Shown piece by piece: positions 1-10,002 of a stretch of 64,000 nt of DNA. The notes below the pieces were generated by a model that saw nothing but the letters and a program-made list of their open reading frames with translations, made no database searches and had not been told where the DNA came from. This DNA comes from an uncultured delta proteobacterium (GTDB lineage Bacteria > Desulfobacterota > Syntrophia > Syntrophales > Smithellaceae), in contig CAVWEH010000004.1 in NCBI GenBank assembly GCA_963753975.1, positions 192,001 through 256,000 of the forward strand. The letters are read 5' to 3'. Numbering within the stretch: position 1 is the stretch's first letter; each line of letters starts with the position of its first letter. The position numbers and the translations under genes were made by a program.

Positions 1-938
1 GCAGATCCGCCGTGCGCAATGAAATCGTTATAGGACATGACTTCGGCTTTAATAAAACCTCTCTCAAAATCATTATGAATTGTTCCCGCGGCTTGGGGAG
101 CTTTCGTGTCTGTAGGAATCACCCAGGCCTTGACTTCGTCATCACCGACAGTAAAAAAAGAAATTCGTCCCAACAAAGAAAAAGCAGCGCGGATGATCCG
201 GCCAAAAGCGGGCTCGGCAATGCCCAGCGAGGCCAGAAACTCTTTTTGATCGGCGGCCTCCAGTCCGGCCAGCTCCGCCTCGGTTTTACAGCAGATGCCC
301 ATGACCGGCTCTGATATCTTTGCCGCTTTCGAAAAGATATCGGCAAAAGTAAGATTATTTTCCGCCACGTTGATTACGATCAGTTCGGGCTTAATTGTCC
401 AGAAAGAAAAACTCCTGAGAGAAAAAACTTCCGCCGGCATTAGTCCGGCAGACCTCAGCGGTTTTCCCCCTTCCAGGCATTCCTCTAATTTGGGTAAAAG
501 TTCCGCCTGAGTTATATCCTGTTGCGTCAGCACCTTTTTGGACATTTTGGTGAGGCGTTCCAGCTTCTTTTCGATTATCAAGAGGTCGGCAAGAATTAAC
601 TCATCTTCCAGCTTGCGGTAGGCTTCCATGCTCAGTTGCACATCGGGCAGGGAAAATCCGTCAACCACGTGCAAAATGCCGTCGGTGCCGCTTAAATTCT
701 GCCGGATGGCTTCCCAGGGATGTTCGCCTACGGCATGGACATCAACAAAAGGAATTTTGGCTGGAGATACTTTTGCCGGTTTATATGTTTCCACCAGCTT
801 ATCAAAACGAACATCCGGCACTGCTGCCAGACCACGCACGACGGTTTCATTGTGCAGAGTGCCGCTTTTGACGCCGGTCATAATTTCAAATAATGTGCTC
901 TTCCCGCTCTGGGGAAGACCAAGAATACCCATTTCCAT
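1..938 (-). CDS. ychF: YchF/Obg-family ATPase (DUF933-type), runs off the left edge
   Basis: Manual minus-strand translation from ATG at 938 gives MEMGILGLPQSGKSTLFEIM (P-loop) and later AAVPDVRFDKL, typical of YchF. Not in the ORF track because the stop lies outside the window. Confidence 0.8.
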   Translation of the reverse strand, partial: MEMGILGLPQSGKSTLFEIMTGVKSGTLHNETVVRGLAAVPDVRFDKLVETYKPAKVSPAKIPFVDVHAVGEHPWEAIRQNLSGTDGILHVVDGFSLPDVQLSMEAYRKLEDELILADLLIIEKKLERLTKMSKKVLTQQDITQAELLPKLEECLEGGKPLRSAGLMPAEVFSLRSFSFWTIKPELIVINVAENNLTFADIFSKAAKISEPVMGICCKTEAELAGLEAADQKEFLASLGIAEPAFGRIIRAAFSLLGRISFFTVGDDEVKAWVIPTDTKAPQAAGTIHNDFERGFIKAEVMSYNDFIAHGGS

Positions 939-1097
939 AATTAACTATCTTTCTCTAATAGTTTCTGTAATCAAAGTAGAACAAAGCGGCAGCCAGAAGA
1001 AGATGAATCGCAATCCGGGACGTGTGACCTTCAGATTATGCACCGGATAAACTCGGCATACACACGGTCCGGCGAATGCAGGCGACCTTGTACGGTG

Positions 1098-2267
1098 TTA
1101 TTTTGTAAACTCCTTTTCAATTCGTTTCATCGCTTCTTTCAGGCGATTATCGGGAATGGTCAGAGATATGCGAACAAATCCTTCACCGTATTTGCCGTAA
1201 GCGGTCCCGGCAGCGACCACAACGGCGGTCCTGTCAAACAAGCGATTAGTAAAATCCAGCGATGTCATGCCTTTGGGTACCGGCACCCAAAGATAAAATG
1301 TGCCGCGCGGCGGATTAAAATTTATGCCGATTTTTTTCAGTGTCGTAAGCACTAGCTCGCGTCTCACTCCATACAAGTTTAACATTTTCCCGATAAATAC
1401 TTCTTCATTGCGTAGGGCCTGAATGCCGGCGAATTGAATAGGATTAAATATTCCGGAATCCGTATTTTCTTTGACTTTGCTTATGGCGGCAATAAGCTCC
1501 GGATTTCCGCAAACCATCCCCAGCCGCCAGCCGCACATATTAAACGGTTTGGAAAGGGAGTTAAGCTCAATGCCCACATCTTTGGCTCCTTTGGCCGCAA
1601 GAAAACTGATACGGGGCTGTCCGGCAAAGACTATTTCGCTATAGGGATTATCGTAACAAATGGCAATATCGAAGCTGCGGGCAAAGGCAACAAGCTTATT
1701 TAAAAATTCCGGAGTGGCACAAGCGCCCGTGGGATTATTCGGATAATTGAGAAACATAGCGCTGGCTTTTTTAGCAATATCCGTGGGGATGTCTTCCAAT
1801 ACCGGTAAGTAATTATTTTGCGGCAGAATGGGTACATTGTAAGGAACACCCCCGCCCATCAGAATACTGGAACGATAGGCCGGGTAACCGGGGTCGGTCA
1901 TCAAAACGGTGTCGCCGGGATTGACGCGCGCCAGCACAAAGTGATGGCAGCCTTCTTTCGAGCCAATCAAGCCGAGAATTTCATTTTCGGGATTCAAACT
2001 GACGCTATACCGTTTCTGATACCAGCGGGCGACCTCCTTACGAAAAGCGAGCATCCCTTTTTCTTCATCCGTGGGGTAGCGATGATTTAAAGGATCACGT
2101 GCAGTAGAGCAGAGTTCATCAATAATCGAATCCGGCGTGGCTTCTACAGGATCACCAATGGCCAGAGAAATGACATCCACGCCTTCGGTCTTGGCCTTAT
2201 TGATTTTTTTTCTCAACTCCATGAATAAATAGGGTGGTATTTCCCCCAAGCGATCGGCTATCTGCAA
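1098..2267 (-). CDS. dapL: LL-diaminopimelate aminotransferase
   Basis: PLP class I/II motifs NYPNNPTG and SLSKPFNMCGWRLG; N-terminal PPYLF; adjacent to dapF; TTG start with AGGAGG RBS. Confidence 0.85.
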   Translation of the reverse strand: MQIADRLGEIPPYLFMELRKKINKAKTEGVDVISLAIGDPVEATPDSIIDELCSTARDPLNHRYPTDEEKGMLAFRKEVARWYQKRYSVSLNPENEILGLIGSKEGCHHFVLARVNPGDTVLMTDPGYPAYRSSILMGGGVPYNVPILPQNNYLPVLEDIPTDIAKKASAMFLNYPNNPTGACATPEFLNKLVAFARSFDIAICYDNPYSEIVFAGQPRISFLAAKGAKDVGIELNSLSKPFNMCGWRLGMVCGNPELIAAISKVKENTDSGIFNPIQFAGIQALRNEEVFIGKMLNLYGVRRELVLTTLKKIGINFNPPRGTFYLWVPVPKGMTSLDFTNRLFDRTAVVVAAGTAYGKYGEGFVRISLTIPDNRLKEAMKRIEKEFTK

Positions 2268-2303
2268 ATTTAACCTCCTGAGATGAAAATTAAGAAACGA
2301 TAT

Positions 2304-3143
2304 TTATTGATACGCTTCTTCACAAAGCATTCCCTGGTAAATTATTTTCACTTTACCTTCAAGATAAATTTCGCCAAAGCGGCCATTTTTCTTTGTAAAG
2401 TAGATTCTCAGGGTTTCGCCGCTCTGGACGATGACATCCACAGGCGAATCCACCAACCCCCGTGAAGCTGCGGCCAAAACTGAAGCGACAGCACCGGTGC
2501 CGCAGGCGAGCGTCTCATCTTCGACGCCTCGTTCGTAAGTGCGCACTCTGATTTTATGCCGGTCAATTACCGTGGCGAAATTGGCATTTGTGCCTTCGGG
2601 CTGAAAATGTTCATGATTGCGAATTTTACATCCCCAATCAAAAACAGCAGAAGATTCCGGACTATCCACAAAGGTTACGGCATGAGGAACTCCCGTATTG
2701 ACGCTATCTAAAATAAATTCGCGGTCATCAAGAACAATTATTTCTTTCGGCTTTACCGGCGATGGATCAGTAAGTCTGACTTTAACTACGTCATCATTGA
2801 CTTCGGCGGAAATGATACCTGCGATCGTTTCGAAGGACATCTTCTTAGGGGCAATGCCTTTCAGATAAGCATAGCGAGCCACACAGCGACTGGCATTCCC
2901 ACACATTTCGGCTATGGAACCATCTGAGTTAAAAAACTGCCACTTAAAATTAACTGTTTTCGATGGCTCAATTAAGAGCAGACCATCGGCGCCCACGGAA
3001 ATTTTGCGCTGACAAATTTCATGGGCAAACGCGGACAAATCGTCCACATTCAAGGATAAATCACGGTTATCTATAATGATGAAATCATTACCGCTACCGC
3101 TCATTTTATAAAATTCAATCATTTTTGACTTAGTTTTCTTCAT
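2304..3143 (-). CDS. dapF: Diaminopimelate epimerase
   Basis: KMSGSGNDF, EMCGNASRC and ERGVEDETLACGTG motifs. Confidence 0.95.
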   Translation of the reverse strand: MKKTKSKMIEFYKMSGSGNDFIIIDNRDLSLNVDDLSAFAHEICQRKISVGADGLLLIEPSKTVNFKWQFFNSDGSIAEMCGNASRCVARYAYLKGIAPKKMSFETIAGIISAEVNDDVVKVRLTDPSPVKPKEIIVLDDREFILDSVNTGVPHAVTFVDSPESSAVFDWGCKIRNHEHFQPEGTNANFATVIDRHKIRVRTYERGVEDETLACGTGAVASVLAAASRGLVDSPVDVIVQSGETLRIYFTKKNGRFGEIYLEGKVKIIYQGMLCEEAYQ

Positions 3144-3389
3144 TTTTCATATTTCACAATTCGTTAACCCTTGCTCAATCGCCTAAAAAATAATAATTTT
3201 ATTGCAAGTGTCTACCATGATTTCAAATTTGATTCAATGAGTTATCATGCCTTTATACAGGCATTTAATTTGAGAAATGTTCTAATAGAAAAATGCCAGA
3301 AATTATAAGGAAACTTCACACAGAACTTAATATTGTTGACACATTAGATCGCTTGCGTTTATATCACTAGTCGCCGAGGGGGAGGAAAT

Positions 3390-3809
3390 ATGGAACTCAA
3401 GACTCATAGTATTTGCAGGCTTGTCAAGAACGAAGACCTGAATCACCATGGGACTCTATTTGCGGGTAAAACGGCCATGTGGTTCGTGGAAGCGGGATTC
3501 ATTGCTGCGGCAAGTCTTACGCATCCCGAGAACATCGTTTGCGTGAACATACACGGCATGCTTTTTAAGAAACCTGTTAAAAATGGCCATATTATTCGCT
3601 TCGAAAGCAAGGTTGTTCTGGCCGGGAAAACACGCCTTGTCTCATATGTAAGAGTCGTGGATAACAGCAGTGACGACTTTTATCTTGACGGTTTTATCAG
3701 CTTTGTGCATGTGGATTTGCAAGGCAAGTCACTGCCGCATGGAATCGAAATTAATCCTACAGCCCCGGAAGATATTGCTCTACAGGAAAAAGCAAAAAAG
3801 TTAAGATAA
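3390..3809 (+). CDS. Acyl-CoA thioesterase (hotdog fold)
   Basis: DLNHHGTLFAG motif; GGAGG RBS. Confidence 0.8.
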   Translation: MELKTHSICRLVKNEDLNHHGTLFAGKTAMWFVEAGFIAAASLTHPENIVCVNIHGMLFKKPVKNGHIIRFESKVVLAGKTRLVSYVRVVDNSSDDFYLDGFISFVHVDLQGKSLPHGIEINPTAPEDIALQEKAKKLR

Positions 3810-3839
3810 AGAGTTTGTTTTTTGCTAATGCCCGAAGTA

Positions 3840-4574
3840 TTACTGCATTTTGCGAATGCGCACTTCTATCCCTGTCGTATCTTTGAGCAGATCAACGAGC
3901 TTTGCCGTGTCCGTATTTCCGTAGTGGTAGGGGTAAAGTATCTGGGGACGGAAAGCCTTTGCCGCGTCAGCTGCCATTTCCGGAGTCATCGTATAGGGAA
4001 GGTTCATGGGTAAAAAAGCAATATCGATTCCTTTTAAGTTTTTCATTTCCGGAGTGTTTTCCGTATCCCCGGCAATATATACACGCTTGTTGCCGAAGGT
4101 AATTACATAGCCGTTGCCCGTGCCCCGGGGATGGAAAGGAACTCCGGGAGCGCGCATATGAACAAGATTGTATGCTGGAACTGCTTCAATGTTAAGGCCG
4201 TCAATAGTACGGATATCGCCATTTTTCATGATGATTGCGTCGGATATTTGCCTGGCGACTGTTTGAGTGGCTACTATTTTTGTTTTAGTGGTTTTAATCA
4301 GGTTGATCGCCTGGAGATCAAAATGATCCGCATGCTCATGAGTTATGAGAATCAAATCGGCTTGGGGCATTTTCGAATAATCGGCCATCTGTGACACGGG
4401 ATCAACGTGAATGACCTTGCCGTTTAGGGACATCATTATTGTTCCATGGCCAACGAATGTTAAAACAAGGTCTCCTCTCGAAGTCTTTATCGTGTCGGAT
4501 TCAAACTTTTGTTCCGCTGCAACCGCCGTCGTCGCGCAGAGGAAAAATAAACTCGTAAAAATCAATTTTCCCAT
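3840..4574 (-). CDS. Secreted MBL-fold metallo-hydrolase
   Basis: Signal peptide; THEHADH, IAGDT and PYHY motifs. Confidence 0.85.
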   Translation of the reverse strand: MGKLIFTSLFFLCATTAVAAEQKFESDTIKTSRGDLVLTFVGHGTIMMSLNGKVIHVDPVSQMADYSKMPQADLILITHEHADHFDLQAINLIKTTKTKIVATQTVARQISDAIIMKNGDIRTIDGLNIEAVPAYNLVHMRAPGVPFHPRGTGNGYVITFGNKRVYIAGDTENTPEMKNLKGIDIAFLPMNLPYTMTPEMAADAAKAFRPQILYPYHYGNTDTAKLVDLLKDTTGIEVRIRKMQ

Positions 4575-4676
4575 AATTGCTTTCCTAATTTTCGATTAAT
4601 CAACGCGGCTCGTTTTGCTTACCCCATTTAACGGTTGTCTATAATCCACCAGGAAATTTAAATAAATCTACAAAAC

Positions 4677-5339
4677 CTAACTGTCTTTTCCAATACGAGC
4701 CAAACCGTCCATATAACGGACACAAATATCGTCTAACGGTTCAATGCAGAGACACTTTAAATAAGATTTGATGAAACCTTTGAGAAAAGCTGCTGCGGGA
4801 AGCCGCTTAACTTTATCTTCCTCAATACTGATTAAATAATCCATGCGTATTTTTGTTTCTCCGGCAATCTTTTCGATAGCCACACCCAGTTCATTTCTAA
4901 TTACCTTAAGATCAGCGCCCTTAATTTCCTGCTTGGATAAAATTTCATTAATGCGCTTATTTTGAGCGACTTTTTCCTTTAAAGTAGATTTATTATCTTT
5001 AAGCACAACCGCCTTACCCCATTGCCTGCTGGCGTCATAAATACCAGTCGATCTTTTAGCTCCTGCTTTGCCTCCCACATTGTCGATAATTCCCGCCTGA
5101 ATAAGTTCTTTATCATAGTTTTTTCTTTCTTTTCCATTGATGAGGGTTAGGTAAGCTTTTTCCAGAAGGTTAATGATCTCTTGTCTTTCTTCCAGAGAAA
5201 AAAAGGAATAACTAACCAGAGAGTCTGCCCGATACATTTGCATAGCGGTATTATAGGCACGGCGAATTTCAAAAAATGCCGCATCAGGAGTAATATCCAA
5301 AATTTCATAATAATTCAGGGTGGTAAAATTTTTTTTCAT
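4677..5339 (-). CDS. Degenerate J-domain plus XRE/RodZ-like HTH protein
   Basis: N-terminal NYYEILDI...EIRRAY (DnaJ-like, no HPD); C-terminal HTH ending LPAAAFLKGFIKSY. Confidence 0.7.
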   Translation of the reverse strand: MKKNFTTLNYYEILDITPDAAFFEIRRAYNTAMQMYRADSLVSYSFFSLEERQEIINLLEKAYLTLINGKERKNYDKELIQAGIIDNVGGKAGAKRSTGIYDASRQWGKAVVLKDNKSTLKEKVAQNKRINEILSKQEIKGADLKVIRNELGVAIEKIAGETKIRMDYLISIEEDKVKRLPAAAFLKGFIKSYLKCLCIEPLDDICVRYMDGLARIGKDS

Positions 5340-5417
5340 AATAATAAAGACCTCAAGCGTAATATTATTATAAATATTTTATGAATTTTATGAATTTTAT
5401 TCATAAAATTCATATTT

Positions 5418-6338
5418 TTAAGAATAGCGCATCAATAATTGTTCGCTCGTAGAATTAACAATTCGTTTGCTTAGCTCTCGCAGATCGTAAGCCGTACGAG
5501 TGTAAGGGTATCGATCCAAAAACGATACCCGTTGACAAACAGCATCGTGAACGCGGTCATCGAAAGCGATGTTACCGGCAAAATCAACCTGAAAGCCAAG
5601 GTGTTTTTCAATAATTTTACATATTTGTGCGCCTAGCGCGATATTATCCTGCTTACGCAATTGATTGAGAACAAGCTTAAATCTAAAGGAGTTAAAATCA
5701 TTTTCCAACTGTAAACTCTTTTCCGAGTCTGCTCCTTTAATCACCTGCATAATGGAATCCGGTTTATTAAAAGAGCCTTCACCAAATTGTCGTATAACTT
5801 CTTCCTCCAGCGCCTTAAAATCAGCCGCATTAAAATACTGACGAATTCGCCGGAAATAAATAGCGCGAACCAGCCGGTAAACATTTTCAATAGAAGTAGG
5901 TTCCGGAGTTGTAATAAATATACTGTTTTGCGAAATCAGAAAAAAATCAAGGGTATTAAAAGAAGTGCCGGCGCCCAAATCCAGCAAAATCCACTCGTAA
6001 TTCAGCTTGGATATGGCTTTAAGGGTTTTTACTTTTTGTTCGTATGGAAGATTAGCGATATCCAGATTATCGTGAGCGCCGCTGATTAAATAAAGATTAG
6101 GTATCGGGGTTTCCAAAACGGTGTTTTCTAAAAGTGGTATTTTCTTGCAGATGAAATCGGAGAGGCACTTTATCGGATAAGGCACATCTACCAAGGTGTG
6201 CAGATTGGCTGCGCCTAGATCAAGGTCAATCAGGAGAGTTTTTTTCCCTAAGCCAGCTAAAACGCGGCCTAAGGAACTGGTCAGGAAACTCTTTCCCGAT
6301 CCGCCTTTACCCCCTCCAATTGGCCAGATATGCACCAT
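5418..6338 (-). CDS. MinD/FlhG/ParA-family ATPase
   Basis: Deviant Walker A GGGKGGSGKS, DLDLGAANLH and DLGAG. Start placed at ATG 6338 (MVHIWPIGG). Confidence 0.85.
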   Translation of the reverse strand: MVHIWPIGGGKGGSGKSFLTSSLGRVLAGLGKKTLLIDLDLGAANLHTLVDVPYPIKCLSDFICKKIPLLENTVLETPIPNLYLISGAHDNLDIANLPYEQKVKTLKAISKLNYEWILLDLGAGTSFNTLDFFLISQNSIFITTPEPTSIENVYRLVRAIYFRRIRQYFNAADFKALEEEVIRQFGEGSFNKPDSIMQVIKGADSEKSLQLENDFNSFRFKLVLNQLRKQDNIALGAQICKIIEKHLGFQVDFAGNIAFDDRVHDAVCQRVSFLDRYPYTRTAYDLRELSKRIVNSTSEQLLMRYS

Positions 6339-6505
6339 AAGCATCCGCCGTTTAATTTTTTTAAATTTGAAATATATATGATAAATTAGCAATATTCAAG
6401 TATTAAGTTGATTTCTTAAAGAATATCTTCCCGGCTGATAACTTTCTTGACTTCTGAGTCTTTTACTCATAAAAAATGACTTATTTCATTTGAGAACGGC
6501 CTTAA

Positions 6506-7840
6506 ATGTCTATGATCAATAGCGAACCCGAAATAAAAGTTGCCTTACTGCAAAGTTATAAAGAAGCGCAAATAAATTTAAATGGCCCCTTTCATCTGCC
6601 CGATAGTCGTAAAATCACCGGCCGTTTAGAAATCCGGGCCGAAAAAGCGCAAATTCTCGTTATTCAATCTTCGGGCGCGCAAATCACTGCGCAGAAGGAA
6701 ATTTTGCTTTCTGCCGACGATGGGGGAACGTTCACCGTATTTGATATGAAAATCGGCACTGGCTTTCACTGGGAAAGAAGCCAGGAGCAGTCGTTTCGCG
6801 GCAATCTGCTTTTATCGGCTAATTCGGCTTCTTCCTTTGATCTCATTAATGAAATCCCTTTGGAGGATTATATCGAAAGCGTAATTTCATCGGAAATGTC
6901 CGCGCAGGCTCCATTGGAATTTTTAAAGGCGCAGGCTATCGTCGCCCGGAGCTGGCTTGTCGCCATGCGGGAAAGAAAACAAAAATCTGGCGGCAATTCC
7001 AATTTTGAAAAAATAAGTACTGCGGAAACAATCAGATGGCGTGACATTAATGATCATCGTGATTTCGACGTCTGTGCCGATGATCATTGTCAACGCTATC
7101 AGGGCATAACTAAAATAACCTCCGCAAATGTAGGCGAGGCAATTACGTCGACGCGAGGAATGTTTTTGGTTTACAAAAATGAAATATGCGATGCCCGTTA
7201 CCACAAGGCCTGCGGCGGCCGAACGGAAATATTTGCGAGCGCATGGGAGGATAAATTTTATCCTTATCTGCAAAGCGTAACCTGCGGTGCAGATACTCAC
7301 GCACTGATTGTAACGGAAAAAGATGCCCAAAATTGGTTTAGCAGGAAGCCGCCTGCTTACTGTGACACGGCCGACGAGAAGATATTAAGCCAAATTCTGC
7401 CATCGTTTGATCGGGAAACTCTTGATTTTTTTCGCTGGCAGGTCATATATGCAAGGGAAGATTTGGAGGATATTATCCGTGAAAAATCGGGCGTTGACAT
7501 GGGGCAGTTGAAAAATCTAATCCCGCTTACGCGCGGTCCTTCCGGCAGAATCAGCAGGCTGAAAATAGAAGGCTCCGAGCAGACTATTGTCGTCGGGAAA
7601 GAGTTGGAAATTCGGCGCTGGCTTTCGGAAAGTCACCTTTTAAGCAGTGCCTTTATTGTTTCGACGCAAAGCACGGCGAGGGGAAAGGTTGCCCGATTTA
7701 TTTTATCCGGCGGAGGCTGGGGACACGGCGTAGGCCTATGCCAAATCGGCGCGGCAGTCATGGCGTATAAAGGATTTAAAGCACCGGAAATTTTGGCTCA
7801 ATACTTTACCGGCGCAAGCCTCCGAAAACTCTATAAATGA
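6506..7840 (+). CDS. SpoIID/LytB-domain protein (putative lytic transglycosylase)
   Basis: LEDYIESVISSEM, LKAQAIVARS, CADDHCQRY and GWGHGVGLCQIGA. Confidence 0.9.
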   Translation: MSMINSEPEIKVALLQSYKEAQINLNGPFHLPDSRKITGRLEIRAEKAQILVIQSSGAQITAQKEILLSADDGGTFTVFDMKIGTGFHWERSQEQSFRGNLLLSANSASSFDLINEIPLEDYIESVISSEMSAQAPLEFLKAQAIVARSWLVAMRERKQKSGGNSNFEKISTAETIRWRDINDHRDFDVCADDHCQRYQGITKITSANVGEAITSTRGMFLVYKNEICDARYHKACGGRTEIFASAWEDKFYPYLQSVTCGADTHALIVTEKDAQNWFSRKPPAYCDTADEKILSQILPSFDRETLDFFRWQVIYAREDLEDIIREKSGVDMGQLKNLIPLTRGPSGRISRLKIEGSEQTIVVGKELEIRRWLSESHLLSSAFIVSTQSTARGKVARFILSGGGWGHGVGLCQIGAAVMAYKGFKAPEILAQYFTGASLRKLYK

Positions 7841-7918
7841 GAATCACATTTCAGGAATGAAGTGAACTGAAATGTGTAAGCCGAATTTATCCCGCGAGCG
7901 CTAGGTAGGCGGGATTAA
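7838..7918. repeat. Palindromic repeat family B, copy 1
   Basis: CACATTTCAG-GAATGAAGTGAA-CTGAAATGTG hairpin followed by ATCCCGC...GCGGGAT; homologous to 19122-19192 and 35455-35520. Confidence 0.75.
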
Positions 7919-7979
7919 TGACACCATATTTTCAGGGCAGCGGTCTAATAGCGGCATAATCGGTGAGGATTGAGGATTA

Positions 7980-9275
7980 ATGTCATTGGCAAAACGCACA
8001 TCGGCGCGGAAAGAGCGCGACCCCTGGTTCTGGGTGCCGTCACTCTATCTGGCGGAAGGAATCCCCTATATCATTGCGATGACAGTGAGCGTCATCTTAT
8101 ACAAAAGGCTGGGGCTTTCCAATACCGATATCGCACTCTATACAAGCTGGTTTTATCTTCCCTGGGTGATTAAACCTTTCTGGAGTCCGTTTGTCGATTT
8201 CTTCCGCACCAAGCGCTTCTGGATTTTGGTGATGCAGATCGCTATCGGCGGCTCACTCGCCTCAGTTGCGTTGACGATTCCCGCGGATAACTTCATCCGC
8301 TACACTTTAGCTATGTTTTGGATTATGGCATTTAGTTCCGCCACCCATGATATTGCCGCGGACGGCTTTTACATGCTCGGTCTCGATACGCCCCAGCAAG
8401 CGGCCTTCATCGGCGTGCGCACTGTCTTTTACCGCGTGGCCACAATTGCCGCTAAGGGGGGCCTCGTCATAATGGCCGGCGTGATGGAAAATCACGGCTA
8501 CCCTGTAACAAAGGCTTGGTCGATTACTTTTATCGCTGTGGCCGCCTTTTTTTTGGCTCTGTTCATTTATCATTTTTTTGTTCTGCCCTATCCTACCGCC
8601 GACCGGAAAGCGCCGCGCGATAAAACTAAAAAATTTTTAGCGGAATATTTTCGCGTACTGATTTTATTTTTCCGCCAAAAAGATATTGTCATTATTATCA
8701 GTTTCTTTTTATTTTACCGTTTTGCCGAGGCGCAACTGGTCAAGATGGTCGCGCCTTTTTTACTTGATGCCCGTACAAAAGGCGGCTTGGGTTTGACTAC
8801 CGCCGAAGTCGGCGTGATATACGGCACGGTCGGAGTCATTGCGCTTATGCTCGGCGGCCTTTTAGGCGGATATCTGGTTTACAAAAATGGCCTGAAGTTC
8901 TGGCTGTGGCCGATGGTGTTGATCATGCACCTGCCAGATGTGATTTTCATCTATCTTTCCCAGACGCTGCCGCAAAGCCTGCTGGTGGTGGGCTCGGGAG
9001 TTGCTCTCGAACAATTCGGTTATGGTTTCGGCTTTACGGCATACACTATGTATATGATTATGGTCTCTCAGGGAGAATACAAAACCGTTTTTTATGCTAT
9101 CGGCACCGGCATTATGGCGCTGGGCATGATGCTGCCGGCGATGGCCAGCGGCTGGATTCAGGAAATGCTCGGCTATAAGAATTTCTTTATCTGGATTACT
9201 TTAACGACCATTCCCGGTTTCATTGTGGCGGCCCTGGTTAAAATTAATCCCGGCTACGGGAAGAAAATAAATTGA
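7980..9275 (+). CDS. ampG: AmpG-like MFS muropeptide permease
   Basis: PSLYLAEGIP, LPWVIKPFWSPFVD and SATHDIAADG motifs; about 12 TM segments. Confidence 0.8.
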   Translation: MSLAKRTSARKERDPWFWVPSLYLAEGIPYIIAMTVSVILYKRLGLSNTDIALYTSWFYLPWVIKPFWSPFVDFFRTKRFWILVMQIAIGGSLASVALTIPADNFIRYTLAMFWIMAFSSATHDIAADGFYMLGLDTPQQAAFIGVRTVFYRVATIAAKGGLVIMAGVMENHGYPVTKAWSITFIAVAAFFLALFIYHFFVLPYPTADRKAPRDKTKKFLAEYFRVLILFFRQKDIVIIISFFLFYRFAEAQLVKMVAPFLLDARTKGGLGLTTAEVGVIYGTVGVIALMLGGLLGGYLVYKNGLKFWLWPMVLIMHLPDVIFIYLSQTLPQSLLVVGSGVALEQFGYGFGFTAYTMYMIMVSQGEYKTVFYAIGTGIMALGMMLPAMASGWIQEMLGYKNFFIWITLTTIPGFIVAALVKINPGYGKKIN

Positions 9276-10000
9276 ACATGCGAACGGAACTTATAACAAC
9301 AGCCTTTATTCTGGGCGCAGGGTTGGGCACAAGATTGAGGCCGCTCACTGATAGTGTGCCCAAACCGCTACTGACGATTGGCGGAAGGCCGATCATTACA
9401 TATGCGATGGAGCATTTGCGCACAATCGGTACAAAAAGATTCATTGTCAATACTCATCATTGCGCGGCAAAATATAAAGAAGCTTTCCCAAAAAATAATT
9501 GGCAAGGCATCCCTATTACTTTCCGTCATGAGCCAATTTTGCTGGATACGTCAGGCGGTATTAAAAATATTGAAGACCTGATTGCCGAAGACGAAAGAAT
9601 TATCGTTTACAACGGCGACATCATTACCAACATACCGATTGAACTGCTTATTAGAAAACATTTTGAATTCAAAACATCAGTTACGCTGGCTCTGCGAAGT
9701 CGCGGCCAGTTGCTAAACGTTAATGTTGATAAAGGCGGTTTTGTCTGTGACATGCGGCATATTTTAAAAAATCAGGGTATCAAGAACTGCCTTTTCGCCG
9801 GAATATATATTGTAGAAAAGACTTTTTTGAGACGATTGCAGGCGGGCAAAATCGAATCGATAGTTTTACCGCTCGTAGAGATGATTAAAGAAAATCCCCG
9901 TTCCGTCGGTGGCATCGCAATTGACGATGGTTACTGGTATGATCTTGGTACTCTCGAAGAATATGAAAAACTAAACAAACTATTCCAGGATAATTCTTAA
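9272..10000 (+). CDS. Nucleotidyltransferase, MurU-like
   Basis: ILGAGLGTRLRPLT...PKPL; paired with an AmgK-like kinase and AmpG. Confidence 0.75.
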   Translation: MNMRTELITTAFILGAGLGTRLRPLTDSVPKPLLTIGGRPIITYAMEHLRTIGTKRFIVNTHHCAAKYKEAFPKNNWQGIPITFRHEPILLDTSGGIKNIEDLIAEDERIIVYNGDIITNIPIELLIRKHFEFKTSVTLALRSRGQLLNVNVDKGGFVCDMRHILKNQGIKNCLFAGIYIVEKTFLRRLQAGKIESIVLPLVEMIKENPRSVGGIAIDDGYWYDLGTLEEYEKLNKLFQDNS

Positions 10001-10002
10001 TT

